Shown here piece by piece: positions 12,309 through 26,255 of a stretch of 64,000 bases of DNA (position 1 is the first letter of the stretch; the number at the start of each line of letters is the position of its first letter). Location of the stretch: contig NC_042997.1 of assembly GCF_006345805.1 (NCBI RefSeq), forward strand, positions 78,306,001 through 78,370,000, written 5' to 3'. A program made the position numbers and the translations under genes. Under the pieces are notes generated by a model. The model saw nothing but the letters and a program-made list of their open reading frames with translations. It made no database searches and had not been told where the DNA came from. The DNA comes from Octopus sinensis. Taxonomy: Eukaryota.

Positions 12309-12533
12309 GCCAGAAAAAAGGCCTTTTCGTTTGTTTTCTCGTTTGTTTTCTTGTTATTTTGATTTCTCGTATTGTATTTTCTTTTTATTTCTCGTTTTGT
12401 ATTTTCTTGTACATGTATTTTTATCTTGTATTTTATTGTGCAGTTTTATTGTTACGTCCTGTTTGTGTTACATTTTTTCTTGCTTGTTTTACCCCTGCGA
12501 GGTAATTTTATTTTAATTCTCTCGCAGGAAGGC

Positions 12534-12590
12534 CTAGTTTTGACGAGTCGTGACCTGTCTTGCCTTCGAAACACGCTTGAGTCTAACTAG
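12534..12590 (+). ncRNA. Degenerate type I hammerhead-like motif
   Basis: ctagtt UUGACGA g..c GAAAC acgcttga GUC taactag. Stem I arms CTAGTT/AACTAG are complementary; core is mutated and stem II is weak. Confidence 0.45.
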
Positions 12591-12639
12591 CGACAGCTGA
12601 TGATTGGGGATTTTTCCTTGTGTAGTATGTCCTGTACTT

Positions 12640-12760
12640 TGTTTTTCTGTTGTAAAAAAATTTTTTTCCCGTTTTCGTTTCTCGTCCAGTTCCACGTCTC
12701 TGTTTTTCTGTTGTAAAAAAATGGCTTTTCCGTTTTCGTTTCTCGTTGAGTTCTACGTCT
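12640..12760. repeat. 61-bp imperfect tandem duplication
   Basis: TGTTTTTCTGTTGTAAAAAAAT...CGTTTTCGTTTCTCGT..AGTTC.ACGTCT at 12640 and 12701. Confidence 0.85.
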
Positions 12761-12871
12761 AGATGTGGTGTCCTATACTCACGTATATACATTTATATAT
12801 GCATGTATATATACATGTAGATGTAGGTACGTACATATATGTTTGTATGTATGCATATATTTTATTTATTA

Positions 12872-12926
<55 letters not shown>

Positions 12927-12929
12927 CAT

Positions 12930-13018
<89 letters not shown>

Positions 13019-13115
13019 AAATAGAAAGATGAATAATCTTGTTGCAGATTAATCGTTCGATTTGTTTTGCTCCGCCTCTGTTCTGTTTTGTTTTTTCCAA
13101 CGGATTTCCTATTTC

Positions 13116-13195
13116 TTCCTGAAGAGAAAGACACAATATGGTCTCCTTATTCAATCGGAATTTGGTAAATTGTGGCTTTCGAAACACGTGTAGAA
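13116..13195 (+). ncRNA. Type I hammerhead ribozyme-like motif
   Basis: ttc CUGAAGA gaaagacaca..35 nt..tgtggctttc GAA ACAC GUGU A gaa. Stem II pairs 9 of 10, stem III is the palindrome ACACGUGU, GUA triplet, 3-bp stem I. Confidence 0.72.
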
Positions 13196-13373
13196 TGCAA
13201 TAAAACGATTTCTGTTCAATCTTCGTTCAACTCCATTTCTTCAATTCACTAATAATATATATATATACATTTTTGAATGTTTCTTATTTCTGTGCTTTTC
13301 TGTGCATGAATACTTACTCTCCTATATACAACTGAATAGAAAACGAAAGCATGAAGTGTGTTACAAATTTAGG

Positions 13374-13577
<204 letters not shown>

Positions 13578-15780
13578 GAGACAAACGGATAGACAGACAA
13601 AACACACTTTTAACACTATATACTGTGTTTCTTATGTCTTTTGCATACATATGAATATACAGTATTCATTAACTAGGAAAAACTACCTTTAGAAAGTTGG
13701 CAAGCCAAATATTTTTCTTCTTTTTAGTTTTGTTCTAATATAAACATAGTCAGCCTTGACATAAAATTTTGAATGTGTGCCACCAGCTGCGAAGCTTGGC
13801 ATAAGTGGGACAGATGTGCTTCAACGGAGTCTGTGTTGGCTTAAATATAGGATAGGTGCAGCTTACCACTTCCTATGAAGAAGAACATTTCTTTTCTCTG
13901 ACTACATACCTCCGTGCCAATTTACCTGTTAATTGTCTTTAAAACGCCCATGCAGTTTATAAATTAATGCTGGAGGAAAACTGACCAAGAAAGGCTAGCA
14001 CGTGGCAAGAATAACAAATGCAGTATATATCTAAATATTCTTGATATTAAAACCAATTAATGACAGTTGAATCCTTTAAGAATTATTCTCCACATGAGTT
14101 TCTTTAGCTCAGCTTACATTACATTTTTTGCAATGCGAATAATTAGTTTGCTCTTCAAAACAAACCAATGAAAAAATGTGATAGCACTTGGTTATTGTGA
14201 GTCATGTGGTTTTGGTTAAATAATCGCTGTACATTGGTAATGCTGTACGTCAGAATTCCGAGTAAGCTGGATCCTAGTTTTGAAATGAGAAGTTATTCGA
14301 TTACTTCAAATTACCAAACTTTTTTCTGAGTGGGAGATAATTCCATAATTTAACTCCCACGATGATTGAAGTACATATTATTGTCCTGTTTATAAAAACA
14401 TATACAAATACACTGAAATCATAAACTTTTAGACAGAGTGATAGAAAAAGAGTGGCTTTAGCAGTATATTTTATCCTTTGTTTCAATCATAGGACTACGA
14501 CTATGCTGGGGCACCACTTTCAACGATTTAGGCTTTTAAAAAAATGCCTGGCACTTTTTCGACGGCGTCTTTTACCGAACCGCTAGATAACGGGGACACA
14601 AACAAACTAACACTGACTGTTAAGCGGTGTTGGGGACCAAACACAAATACCTACGCGCATGTGTGTGCGTGTGTGTTAGACCTGCACGTGTTTCCACTGC
14701 ACAGATGCAACTGTCATTATTATCGGTGCAGCTTCTTCAAGGCCAGTTTGAAAGCGAACTGAGTGGAGTTAGTTTTTTGTCAGTTTTTGTTAGTTAGTTT
14801 GGGGGGAGGTTGTCGTGGTGGTGGTGATGGTGGTGGTGGTAGTATTTATGTTCGAACTGAAACCTGATCCGTTTTCAGGCTTGTTTGGTTGACCTCAAAT
14901 TCACACCAGTCGCTGTCCGAAATTAGGGTTCGGTCTATTTAGGTCAAGGCTGAGATTATTATGCTTTTGTATGGCCCCTTGTTCATTTTAGGATATGGGT
15001 GTGTTGTAGCTTTGATTTCGAGTGTAGCGCCTGCAGTGAAGAGTCCTTAATTGCTCAACGGCGCTTCCTTCTCTATTTCTCCATTTTCGGCACAGCGTTT
15101 TTTTTTCACTCCACGTTTTTCTTTTTTGATTTTTTTTTACCTTTCATTCTATCTTTTTATCTGTCTAGTTTCTGTGTCCAATCCTTTATCAAATTTTTCT
15201 TTGTGTTCCTTATACATACTTCTTGCTCCGTCTCAGAGTCGCACGGCCTTTATTTTATTTGTATATTGTATATTTAATTTGTTTCTTTATTTTCATCTAT
15301 ATTCGGACCGAGTATTTGTGTCCTGTTTATTTTTGTTACTGTCCTCAACATTTGCTCACTATTACCAGTAGCTTTTCACTGTTTACGCCAACAGAAATAA
15401 ACAATATCATCATTATAAAGGAGTGAAATTGTAATGATTTTATTGACGATAACTGACGAGGAAAGAGCATTTTCTGTTCGTTCCTTTATCGTGTTCTTTT
15501 ATCCTTATTATTTAAATTAACGCCACACATTCGTCTCACTATATATATATATATATATATATGCATACATACACACACACATCACATATATATATATATA
15601 TAATACTGGTGCTGATTAGTGCCCTTGTTCATTTTAATGCGACACATATGTGTATACATGTGTGTGTGTGTCTGTATGTAGATATATATACATATAGATA
15701 TGTATGTATATATGTGTGTGCATGTAAACAGATAGACAGATAGACAGAAAGATAGATAAATAGATAGATAGATAGATAGG

Positions 15781-15849
<69 letters not shown>

Positions 15850-15904
15850 TTATATATATATATGCACGTGTGCGTTTGATATATATACATACACATATAT
15901 ATAC

Positions 15905-15977
<73 letters not shown>

Positions 15978-16979
15978 CATGAGTGTGTTGTGTGTGTATA
16001 TTATATGTCTATTTGTGTTTGTAAATTAAACTTAATATGCGTACTTGAAATAGCATTAAATTAAAAGAAATGATGCGTATATCATTTCTAATGTATATAC
16101 AAACATAAAAGAACAGAAACTGTATTTTCTCCCGAAGAGATTTCTCAATGAGATTTGTTTATTAAATAGACGCAAATCTCTCTCATAGCTTTGTCGGAGG
16201 ACATGTTGTTTCGACCTCATTTGATCTCCTTAATAACACGGTACCATCATCATGCTTTTGTATCAAGCAGGCAGAACTGTGTGGTTAATAGGTCTATTTT
16301 GTAACCGGGTGGTTTCGGGTTCACTGTTACTGTATGGCACGTTCGGACTACCAATAACTTGTGAAAGAATTTTGTGCTCCAAAACCATGGGGAAGCCCAT
16401 GCTATATATACGTTTATGTGTGTGTTTATGCGGTTCTCTTCACACCGTTTGACAATTGGTGTTGAATTGCTTACTTCTCTCTAACAAAGACGTTTGTCAA
16501 AAAAAGATTGATAGTACCAGACTTTCAAGACATCACTGGGCCGATTTGTTCAATAGCAGCGTCCTAACATGGTTTTATAACAATAGAGTGAAATAAGCAA
16601 AAGAACAAAAGGGCAAACGAATGTTTCACGTTATATACGCATGTCATACACATGTATGTACATATGTTTGTGTGTATATATATCTATCTCAAGGGAGCTA
16701 GGGCGAAAACGACCTCTCTCCAACATACTTGAAGTGTCGATACCTTCAAAAAGGTACCAAAAACTCCAGCTAAATATACACAAGGCTGAAAGCGGGCTAG
16801 GGAGAGAAAATTAATAATATCTCATGTTAATTGTGAATTGGTTCCAATTTCTGGATTAAAGCAAAAAATAAGTCTTCTTAACTTCGTCAATACAATACAC
16901 GGGGGCACATATAAGTCTAAATAATTGTACATACCGTCCAAAGCCATATATATACGTATACATATATATACACACGTAT

Positions 16980-17131
<152 letters not shown>

Positions 17132-17920
17132 TATACATATATATATATGTGTGTATCACAGAATGAGAGAGAGAAAGAGAGTAAAATCTATTTGGCAACG
17201 TAAAGTAGCAGTCCTAATTAGGACGATGTCACTACCTTTTTTTAGCCCAGGAAAACATCTTTTCCAGCTGGCTACCGACACACAACTGTGTCCTTATACC
17301 TCGAACAAAGGAGCCTTAAACGGTACCTGCGGACCACAGTTTCTGAGTTATTTCCCTTTATCGGCACAAGATAACCGTTGGCTGAGATGGCAGCACCAGG
17401 CCTTGTTCGAGGTATATACTTTTAAAGTGACACACAGTCACGAGATCAGTAGATTTGTAGATTAGGTAGGCATAATTCACCCCTGCTTTTCAATCTCAAT
17501 ATTTAAGCTATGCATAGCTTAAATGATGGTGATGATGATGATTCTGAGTACTAGTGTAGTAAACGTGCTGCGTACACTCCTACAGTACCGTTTTCTTTAC
17601 GTGCTATAAAAGCAGAAGTTAATCTGCCTTCAACTCAGTCACGCGCCCGTGTTTCGCTTTTTTTTTTACTACATAAAGGTCACCAAATGCCTACCCTGAG
17701 CAATTACTGACGGCACGTACCTGAGACAGACAGACAGACAGACAGAAAGACAGACAGACAGACAGGCAGACAGACAGTCAGACAGACTGACAGACAGACA
17801 GACACAATCGACCGAAAACAGGCCGAAAGAGAACGTATTTTGAGTCAGATATCTCTAGTTATCTCCCAGTAATTAACGCACATAAATACTTCCAAGAGCG
17901 TGCACATATTTGTTTGTGTG

Positions 17921-17985
<65 letters not shown>

Positions 17986-18070
17986 GGGCGTATGTCTGTG
18001 TGTATGTGACACACATACCAGTGACGTGATATACCAGTGACGCATATACCGGTAACGTAATTCTCGAGTA

Positions 18071-18460
18071 CAAGGGTGTACCCAAAAGTAACTAGAAACG
18101 TTTTCTGTAGGACAAATCCACAGTTCAGGCTTCTGCCGCTAGAATCCACTTTGATGCGATCATGAGGCATCAGTCTGCCGACCAGCATCGTACAGTGAAG
18201 TCCTACTGCTACGTTGTGCGTCATTGTTTTGCAGTGCTTCTGCACTTTTTGTGATGGCTGATACGAAGAAACAACGTGCTTCCGTGAAATTCTGTCTTTT
18301 GCAGGGGAAAACGGCGGCCGAAATAGTTGTCATGCTTCAAACAGCTTACAAGGACGTTGCCATGAGCAAAACACAAGTTTACGAGGGGTTTCCACGCTTT
18401 AGGAATGGTCACTCATCGTTTGAAGACCAACCTCATTCAGGACGGTCGACCTCCCACACT
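18071..18460 (+). mobile_element. 5' fragment of a mariner transposon
   Basis: TA followed by TIR-like CAAGGGTGTACCCAAAAGTAAC; N-terminal HTH KQRASVKFCLLQGKTAAEIVVMLQTAYKDVAMSKTQVYEGFPRFRNGHSSFEDQPHSGR. Truncated afterwards. Confidence 0.8.
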
Positions 18461-21067
18461 CTTCCCTTGTCTCGCATATTGTAGAAAACATTCAAAGTAT
18501 GACGGATGCTTTTTAGAGTACAGCCACAAAGTTTCGTTTGAAATTTAACATCCGGAAGATATTAAACTGAAGATATTAATCAGCCAAATTGTGAACTCAA
18601 GGCAAATAACACAAATTGAGCCAATAATTTATAAAATGTAAAAGATAGTATAGGTACTTTATCTATCAGAGAACTACAATCAGTGACAATGGTTAAGATC
18701 GCTGTCGAGTTTTTTCGCAGGATGTGCATGAAGGCTCTGCTTTTTGAAGGTTAAAAGAAGAACTGGGGAAAAAAGAAGGATTGGGGAATAAAAAGCATGT
18801 CCCAGTCTAAGTTTGATACCAAGTATATCTAAGAGTAGGATTATCTACCGTATTAAATGGATAGAAGGTGCAGACGATATATCGCAGACAGACAAAATGC
18901 TTCATCCATTTCTGATGAATAGACTAAGACATACCATGAATATCAGATGCACAGACAAGCGCAGACAACCATCTTCCTGGAGAAAACCAAGATCTCTCGC
19001 ATGGAAGAGATACTGGTGCAACGAAACTTTACTACCTTGGGTATGTTTAACGAAAAGAGGAAACACGATTGTTAGAGGAGCGTATCTCATTTCGGACACT
19101 ACGATTCATGATACTTTATAAGGATAGTCATTTCGGCTATCGATAAATTAATTGTGAAAGGGATGAAATTTATCGATATTAAATCAACATAAAATTATTT
19201 GAATAAAAGGAGAGAGAAGATTAAATGCTATAAGATACTACAGAGTTCAATCGTTTTTTCACACTTTTCTCTTTTTGCTGAGCTCATCGCTAAGGAGTCA
19301 TAACAAATGATGCCTCAATCTTACAAGCTTTATTACAAAGTTTCGACCGACTGAAAGCTACCACAACTAATTGACGTTAATTATCTAATATTAGAGAAAA
19401 GAAAATATTGACGTTTAGTAATAAAGTCATAAGTAAGAAAATGTATGAAAGATGTAAATACTTCAAACTGTTCAATCTCAGGATGGATTATGAAAATGAT
19501 AAACAACTAAAGGAAGACACAATTGTAAGTAAGACAGTAGTATACGATCGGTGATACCCAAACCAGCAGAGAGACTTTCTTAACTTTATACAACGGCATT
19601 TGATTGCATGAATATAATTAAATCAATAGACAGAACAATCATTGATGAATTTTTAATTATTTCAATGAATAGGTTAATCTACGGGAACAAATACAAATAT
19701 GTATAAGCCATCGGTGTTGAGCTGTCCATAATACAGAAAAATGGCGTAGTTAACGTAGCTGGAAATAAATACCGCTTCAAAGAGCAGATACTCTGAATGA
19801 CTGATTGATGTTTGATTATTAAATTTTTGCCGCTTCCAGTACTGAATTCAAAATACAACGATAGGGAAAATCTATGATAATCAAGCATCTTATCTAGAGA
19901 TCCAGATAAACCTTGGTGCTAAGCACTACATCTGCTAGATATATATAGAAGATAGAAGGGTAATAAACAGAAATTGTGTGCGTGAAAACAGTAATTTTTA
20001 TCATTCTATTTACATTTCATCCATCATGTCTATTGCATTTCAATGACTATACTTATTTCTATTTGAATATTTCAAAATTATTAATTACCTCTTCTATATC
20101 ATAAGGTTAATACTTCTAAATAAGTCTAAAATTTACCTAGATGTGTAGTCTAGTATATTTGAAATATAACTTGGTTATAACTTCCAAAGTAATTTCATCA
20201 CTTTTAACTATCAAAACAAATACAAAAAACACTTAAATCGTTGAATATTGAATACATCAATTTTAAAAACTTTGCGCCTTGAATGATTTTTCAATGTACA
20301 CCTATGTACCAGGTATTTATCGCAATGCAAAGAGGGAGGTATCTCCGACAACTCAAACTTTTTAATGACTTGCTGATATAGGTTTTAGATTCCGATTAAG
20401 ATTAAGAAAACAATAAATGATATAAACAAGAAATAAATAACAAGTAAATTTTATGAAAATGAATCCTACTTTTTGCTCCCAGAAGTAGCAATATATTATT
20501 TTCTGAAAATGAGAATAAAATTTTACTAATTACCCCCAGAATAAGAATTACTGTCGAATACCTAATTATGGAATATTGTCAATAGAAAATAGTACGCCTT
20601 TAAGTTTTGCACAAGTAAAATGGTTCATGACAATAATACGCCCTAAATCTGTTCACTTATAGTGACATGCAACTTCTAAAAGCATTGCATGAAACTCTGC
20701 ACATAAAAAACAATGGTATAGTTTTGCAGATAGAATTTTTTTCGCATATTAAGAAATTCCCGATGCATCATACGCTCACTAAATTATTTTTAAAATACTA
20801 ATTATGATAATATAGCGTTTTTGCTAAGAGGAAACTGAAACGAGAGAAGAATTTTGAAGATGAATTGAAAATGAACAGTTAATCAGCTAACCGGGTTTCA
20901 TTTCGCAAGAGATAAAGCAGTTGAAAAATTAGATATATGAAAGCTATGGAGATATTCATAAACAAAGCATCATAAAATAAATAAAAGTAAATACTTTCTA
21001 TGCAGTTTACTTGTTGGCATCAAAATCCAGAAAAAATGTAGGAGTTATCCAGAAAATAGATAAAAGC

Positions 21068-21074
21068 ACACACA

Positions 21075-21139
<65 letters not shown>

Positions 21140-21270
21140 ACACACACTCACACACACACACTCACACACACCTACACACACACAAACACACATACACACG
21201 CGCACGCACGCACACACAAACACACGCACACTCACACACACAGACACACACACATACCCGCGCACACACA
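21068..21270. repeat. Imperfect (CA)n tract
   Basis: Direct reading. Confidence 0.9.
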
Positions 21271-23539
21271 CAAACAAGAACTAAATTTGTTTTATATTTA
21301 GATTGCTGAAATAGTATTTTCCAGCTTGTTCTAAACAGCAAGAAAGTAATACATGAAAACATGCCATATTACTTTCATGTAGACACAGCAAAGGATGATT
21401 GATGCAAGTTTGCATGCAACTATAATATTCTACGAAAGGAAGAAGCACAAGTGAATTCTCAAGATAAATGAGAGCAAGTTCATATGTACTTAAAATATAC
21501 ACTAATTCGTAGCTTAAGGGAGATAAACATTCAAAATATAAATTTCAGCATACCTACATATATTAAATCTATCAACATTATGTTCATTTCCTAGCTCTGC
21601 TTCATCTTTGTTACCATTACTATTGCCAATATTTACAACCCTTATAATCATGACCACCATCACTGAAATACTACACACACAGTTGTTATAAGTCAGTTGC
21701 AAGGAAGTAGAGAACGTAGCTTTTGCAGTTAAGCTACCATATTATATCAATAAGTCGATCTAAGTACAGGTTTATAAAAGAGCAATTAAGTAGAGGTAGC
21801 AAAAGGCGCCCAAACATGTTTTTAATATAGTCAGTCTATCTAAATATTAATCTAAAGAATTTTCTCTTTAAGTATTATGTTAATGGTTAACAGTGAACTT
21901 TTAAGTTCGATATATTTGCAGTGATATAATATTCCCCGTCACCAACACCGTGTTTCTACAGTCAAATGGACAGAAGAACCCAAAATCCAAGCTTTGGTAT
22001 CTGATTAACTATACTATAGTGACATTGAGTTTTCTAAAAGACTAACATTATATCCTATAATAATAAAGATGTACACTATACTCGTGATTATTCTCAACTT
22101 CCAACCTGTAATCCTATCATACTAGAAAGAAAATCCTCTGGAGTCACCCATAACACATTGCGTAACCGTGGACAAGTTTACAAAGCCAAACAAATGAAAG
22201 GTTTCCAAGCATCTATCAGCAGATATCTCGAGGAACAGGCATACTGCAATTATTTGGACTAATATCCTTAAAATGACTAATTAAAAATATGCTGTGAACT
22301 AGATCCGTTACCTTTGAAATTCAGTGATGTCACCTGGACGAGATCTCAATTTTCTACTAAAAATATTTCGAAATACTAGAATGCCTGCAACGAAGATGCT
22401 CAAAGAACATACAACATTTCACGAATTACTGAAATTTTTTCTCTGTACAAAATACTTGTTATGAAAAGGTTTCTTACTAAACATCACTTTCGCTTAAAAC
22501 TATTTGCGTGGAAATTATCACTGAGTGTCAATTATCACTGAGAAAAAAGAACTTAAGAATATGACTGATCAATACACAGAGATTACCATAAGAGAAACTG
22601 CAGTGCTACAAAGTAATCTATGAATACCTAAATGTTATAAATCTCTAGAATTCTAACAACTGCAACCGTTGATATCCGAAAGAAATGTTACCTAACATTT
22701 AAGTATAGTTCTTTACTTTCTCATTGAATGCATCATTTTGATTGTGGCCATTCTGAAACAGCTAATGAATACTAAATGAGCGATCAACTGAAGAGAAACT
22801 TTTACGCGTTTGTGCGTTCAGCTATATTACACAGCTACATTTTCTTCGACTTAAATGAATTGAAAAAAGGAAGGCACATTGGATGATGTATTCCTCGATA
22901 AACTGTGCCTTGAGGAAAACACTAAATGTTAACTACATGAACTGTAAACATTCCGTTTTTGTCTTTGAATAGATATATTCGATCAGCGTTTATCTGAAAC
23001 TAAATTATTAGTTTACGTAACATTTCCAATGGTATCAGTCGAACAACGTTTCTAGTGTGTGTCGGACAACCATGTAACCGAAGACAATTAAGACCACCCG
23101 CAGACTTTTCACCATTTCTCCAACAACACAGACGATCCATCATTGTCATAGTTTTGTTCTTGAAAATCTTCTCTACTCACATTCTATTTCTACCCCCACC
23201 CTTAGCTGCGATACTATTTTTACTTCTTTACTGTGTTTCCATGTTCTTCTGTCCTAGCGCTAACGATAGTTATCAGATATACTATTTTTGCCCAGTATCT
23301 TAGTGAGTCCTTACAAAAAGAAAAAAAGAAACCCACGCCATAATTATCATCTCTTTTTACTGAAGAAACCAGAAAGATCATAAATGGTAATGGACTAATG
23401 GATTTAGGAACGGTACTGCTCCAGAGTAAACAGGTATGATTAAGAAAATACAGAAAATACTTAAAATGATTAAATTCAGCATAATCGTCACTTTGTTATA
23501 ACAAGTTTGAAAGAAAAAACGCTTCCATATTTATACAAA

Positions 23540-23625
<86 letters not shown>

Positions 23626-23990
23626 GTGTGTGTGTATGTGCGTGTGTGTGTTATGTATTGTTACAAATTAAAAACAATCAGACATTAACTGAAATGTCAC
23701 GCAAAATATTTGAGTAACCGATTTATTTTAATATGGAAAAGGTTGATAGAGGCTTCCAACTTTCTGCTTGTCATCTTCCTCAGACTGTAAAAATTGTTAG
23801 TCTTTCGAGCCTTTTTCCATGCTTAGTTTCATGTTGTGGAGGGTGTCTACTGAGCGCAATGTAGGTATAGCTGAATAGTTATTGTTGCATAATACAAAAA
23901 CATTTTCATAGATTTTTGGTTGGGTGAACAATAAAACAAATATATATATAATTCGATTAAAATTAATCTAAGCTATAGTCGGGAATGTAA

Positions 23991-24068
23991 AGAAGAAGAA
24001 GAAGAGAAGAAGAAGAAGAAGAAGAAGAAGAAGAAGAAGAAGAAGAAGAAGAAGAAGAAGAAGAAGAA
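23991..24068. repeat. (GAA)n microsatellite with one GA interruption
   Basis: Direct reading. Confidence 0.92.
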
Positions 24069-24169
24069 GCGTACAGATTTAAATTAAATATGCTGCATAA
24101 TTAGCAGTAAAAATGTACAGATGTATTAATCTCAGTATTCATTGTGTCTCGCGTGTATATATATATATA

Positions 24170-24365
24170 TTCTTTTATTCTCTTATTTGTTTCAGTCGTT
24201 TTATTGCGGCCATGGTGGACCACCGCCTTAAAGTGTTAGTCAAAGAAATCGATCCCAGGGTTTAAGGTCAGTATTTATCATATCGGTCTTTTTGCCGAAC
24301 CGTTCAGTTACGGGGGCATAACACACCAGCATATGCTGTCTAACGATGGCGGGGGTAACAAACAC
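24170..24365 (-). mobile_element. SINE 3' part with CR1-like tail
   Basis: Minus strand ends GGCGGTGGTCCACCATGGCCGCAATAAAACGACTGAAACAAATAAGAG. Homologous to 56560-56760 and to the LINE 3' end at 30916-30939. Confidence 0.65.
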
Positions 24366-24390
24366 AAACATACACTCACGCAAATATATA

Positions 24391-24443
<53 letters not shown>

Positions 24444-24446
24444 ATA

Positions 24447-24566
24447 TCATCGTGATCACAGTGACCGACCAGGCTATCAATGTTGCTACATATCGCTAGT
24501 CACAATGCGCTTCGCATTGTTTTAGCCTTCAAAAGACGCCACCCCACTGGCTAAGCGAGTAGGCCA

Positions 24567-24612
<46 letters not shown>

Positions 24613-24761
24613 CTGTATGTAAGAAGCTTGCTTCTCACTCACATGGCTCCGGGTTCAGTCCCACTGCGTGGCACCTTGGCAGGTGTCTTCTACTATAGCT
24701 TCCGGCTGACCAAAGCGTCGTGAGTAGATTTGGTAGACGCAACTGGAAGAAAAACGTCGTC

Positions 24762-24853
<92 letters not shown>

Positions 24854-24937
24854 GTAGAAGACACCTCCCCAAGGTGCCACGCAGTGGGACTGAACCCGGA
24901 GCCATGTGGGTGAGAAGCAAGCTTCTTACCATACAGC

Positions 24938-24974
<37 letters not shown>

Positions 24975-25095
24975 TGGCCTACTCGCTTAGCCAGTGGGGT
25001 GGCGTCTTTTGAAGGCTAAAACAATGCGAAGCGCATTGTGACTAGCGATATGTAGCAACATCTGATAGCTTGGTCGGTCACTGTGATCACGATGA
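24447..25095. repeat. Large inverted duplication (arms 24447-24697 and 24850-25095)
   Basis: Arms are reverse complements apart from a few substitutions, indels and (GT)n length. The spacer holds the SINE 3' end and a (TA)n tract. Confidence 0.92.
24606..24762 (+). mobile_element. tRNA-derived SINE
   Basis: A-box-like TGGCTGTATGTAAG, B-box-like GGGTTCAGTCCC, body GGCACCTTGG..GTGTCTTCTACTATAGC..GACCAAAGC..GATTTGGTAGACG. Same family at 43335, 43528 and 54625. Confidence 0.8.
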
Positions 25096-25149
25096 TATAT
25101 ATATACAAACATGAAAGAAGTAAATAGACACTCTTATAATCATTAAAAT

Positions 25150-26140
25150 TTATCTAAGTCTGAAATTATACATTCAAATTATTTGTTAGTTGTTATAATG
25201 TGAACATTTAAGATTTAGTAGACATGATCTTTGCATGTTACTAATCAGATGGTGAATATTCTCTTCCGGAATTTCTTGCTAAGTTTCATGCAATAATCTC
25301 AAAAGATCTGGCTTTGAAGATGCTTTCTTGTTCTGTTTATGAAATGTCCTGTCCATTATGCCCCAAAGGTGTTCTATAGGGTTCGTATCTGGTGACTGGC
25401 TTCGCTATGGAAGCTTTCTAATGCCATTCTTTTCCAACAAATCTTGGGTCATTTTAACCGTGTGACATGGAATTCTATCTTCCATAAATATTGAATTTTC
25501 TTTAATAATTTCACCACTGGAGAAGTTTGGAAGGAGTCCTTTATGCAATATGGACACATATTTATTTGAGTTTATCTTTCCCTCACACTCCACCAGCTCT
25601 GATCAACCATTGCCCCAAATTGTTTCCCAGACAATTACACAAATTCTTGATCACAGAGTCTCCAGACCCACACTCGACCACTGTTAGGAAATACAGCAAA
25701 TCTGAACTTATCAGAGAATATTAGTGTTCCACGATGCTAATGGCCTCTCCACCATCTCACTGGCCCAATCTTTTCTCCGCTTCATATTGGCTGGTCAAAG
25801 ATGTGGCTTCCTTCTTCCTGCTGTGCCAAAGTAACCAAGTTCGTGGAGATACCTGGCAGCTGTTCTGGGACTGACATCAACTTGCTTTGCTATGCCAGAG
25901 GTCTTGCAACGTGGGTTAACCTCCACACTTCTCTTAGCAAAGAGAATAGTTCTGTCAGAGGGCCCTGGTTGATCTGGATAAGATGCTGTGGACTCCTTCC
26001 CCTCTCTGATGAATTGCACAATCACTCTATTAACTGTAGAAAGCGGAATCCCAAGGTTTTCTGCGATTTTACGCTAACTATAATCACCTTCAGAATGACC
26101 CACAACTGCTCTTTGAAATTCAGACAGTTCCAAAGGCTTA
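25150..26140 (-). mobile_element. Degenerate Tc1-family (DD34E) transposase relic
   Basis: [38 protein letters not shown]-(34 aa by my count)-E ending SQSPDTNPIEHLW. Stops and frameshifts present; TIRs not identified. Confidence 0.82.
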
Positions 26141-26220
26141 TTCTTTGTAAGCCTAGCACTTATTCTATCGGTCACATTTTGCCGAACTGCTAAGTTACGG
26201 GACGTAAACAAGGATTCATG

Positions 26221-26255
<35 letters not shown>

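Noticed and set aside
16160-16235. Minus-strand GAAAC-AACAT-GTC-CTCC resembling a hammerhead 3' half
   Set aside because: The CUGANGA core is absent, so it is too degenerate to call.
22785-22810. CTGAAGAGAAAC as a hammerhead core
   Set aside because: No stem II and no convincing stem I/III pairing.
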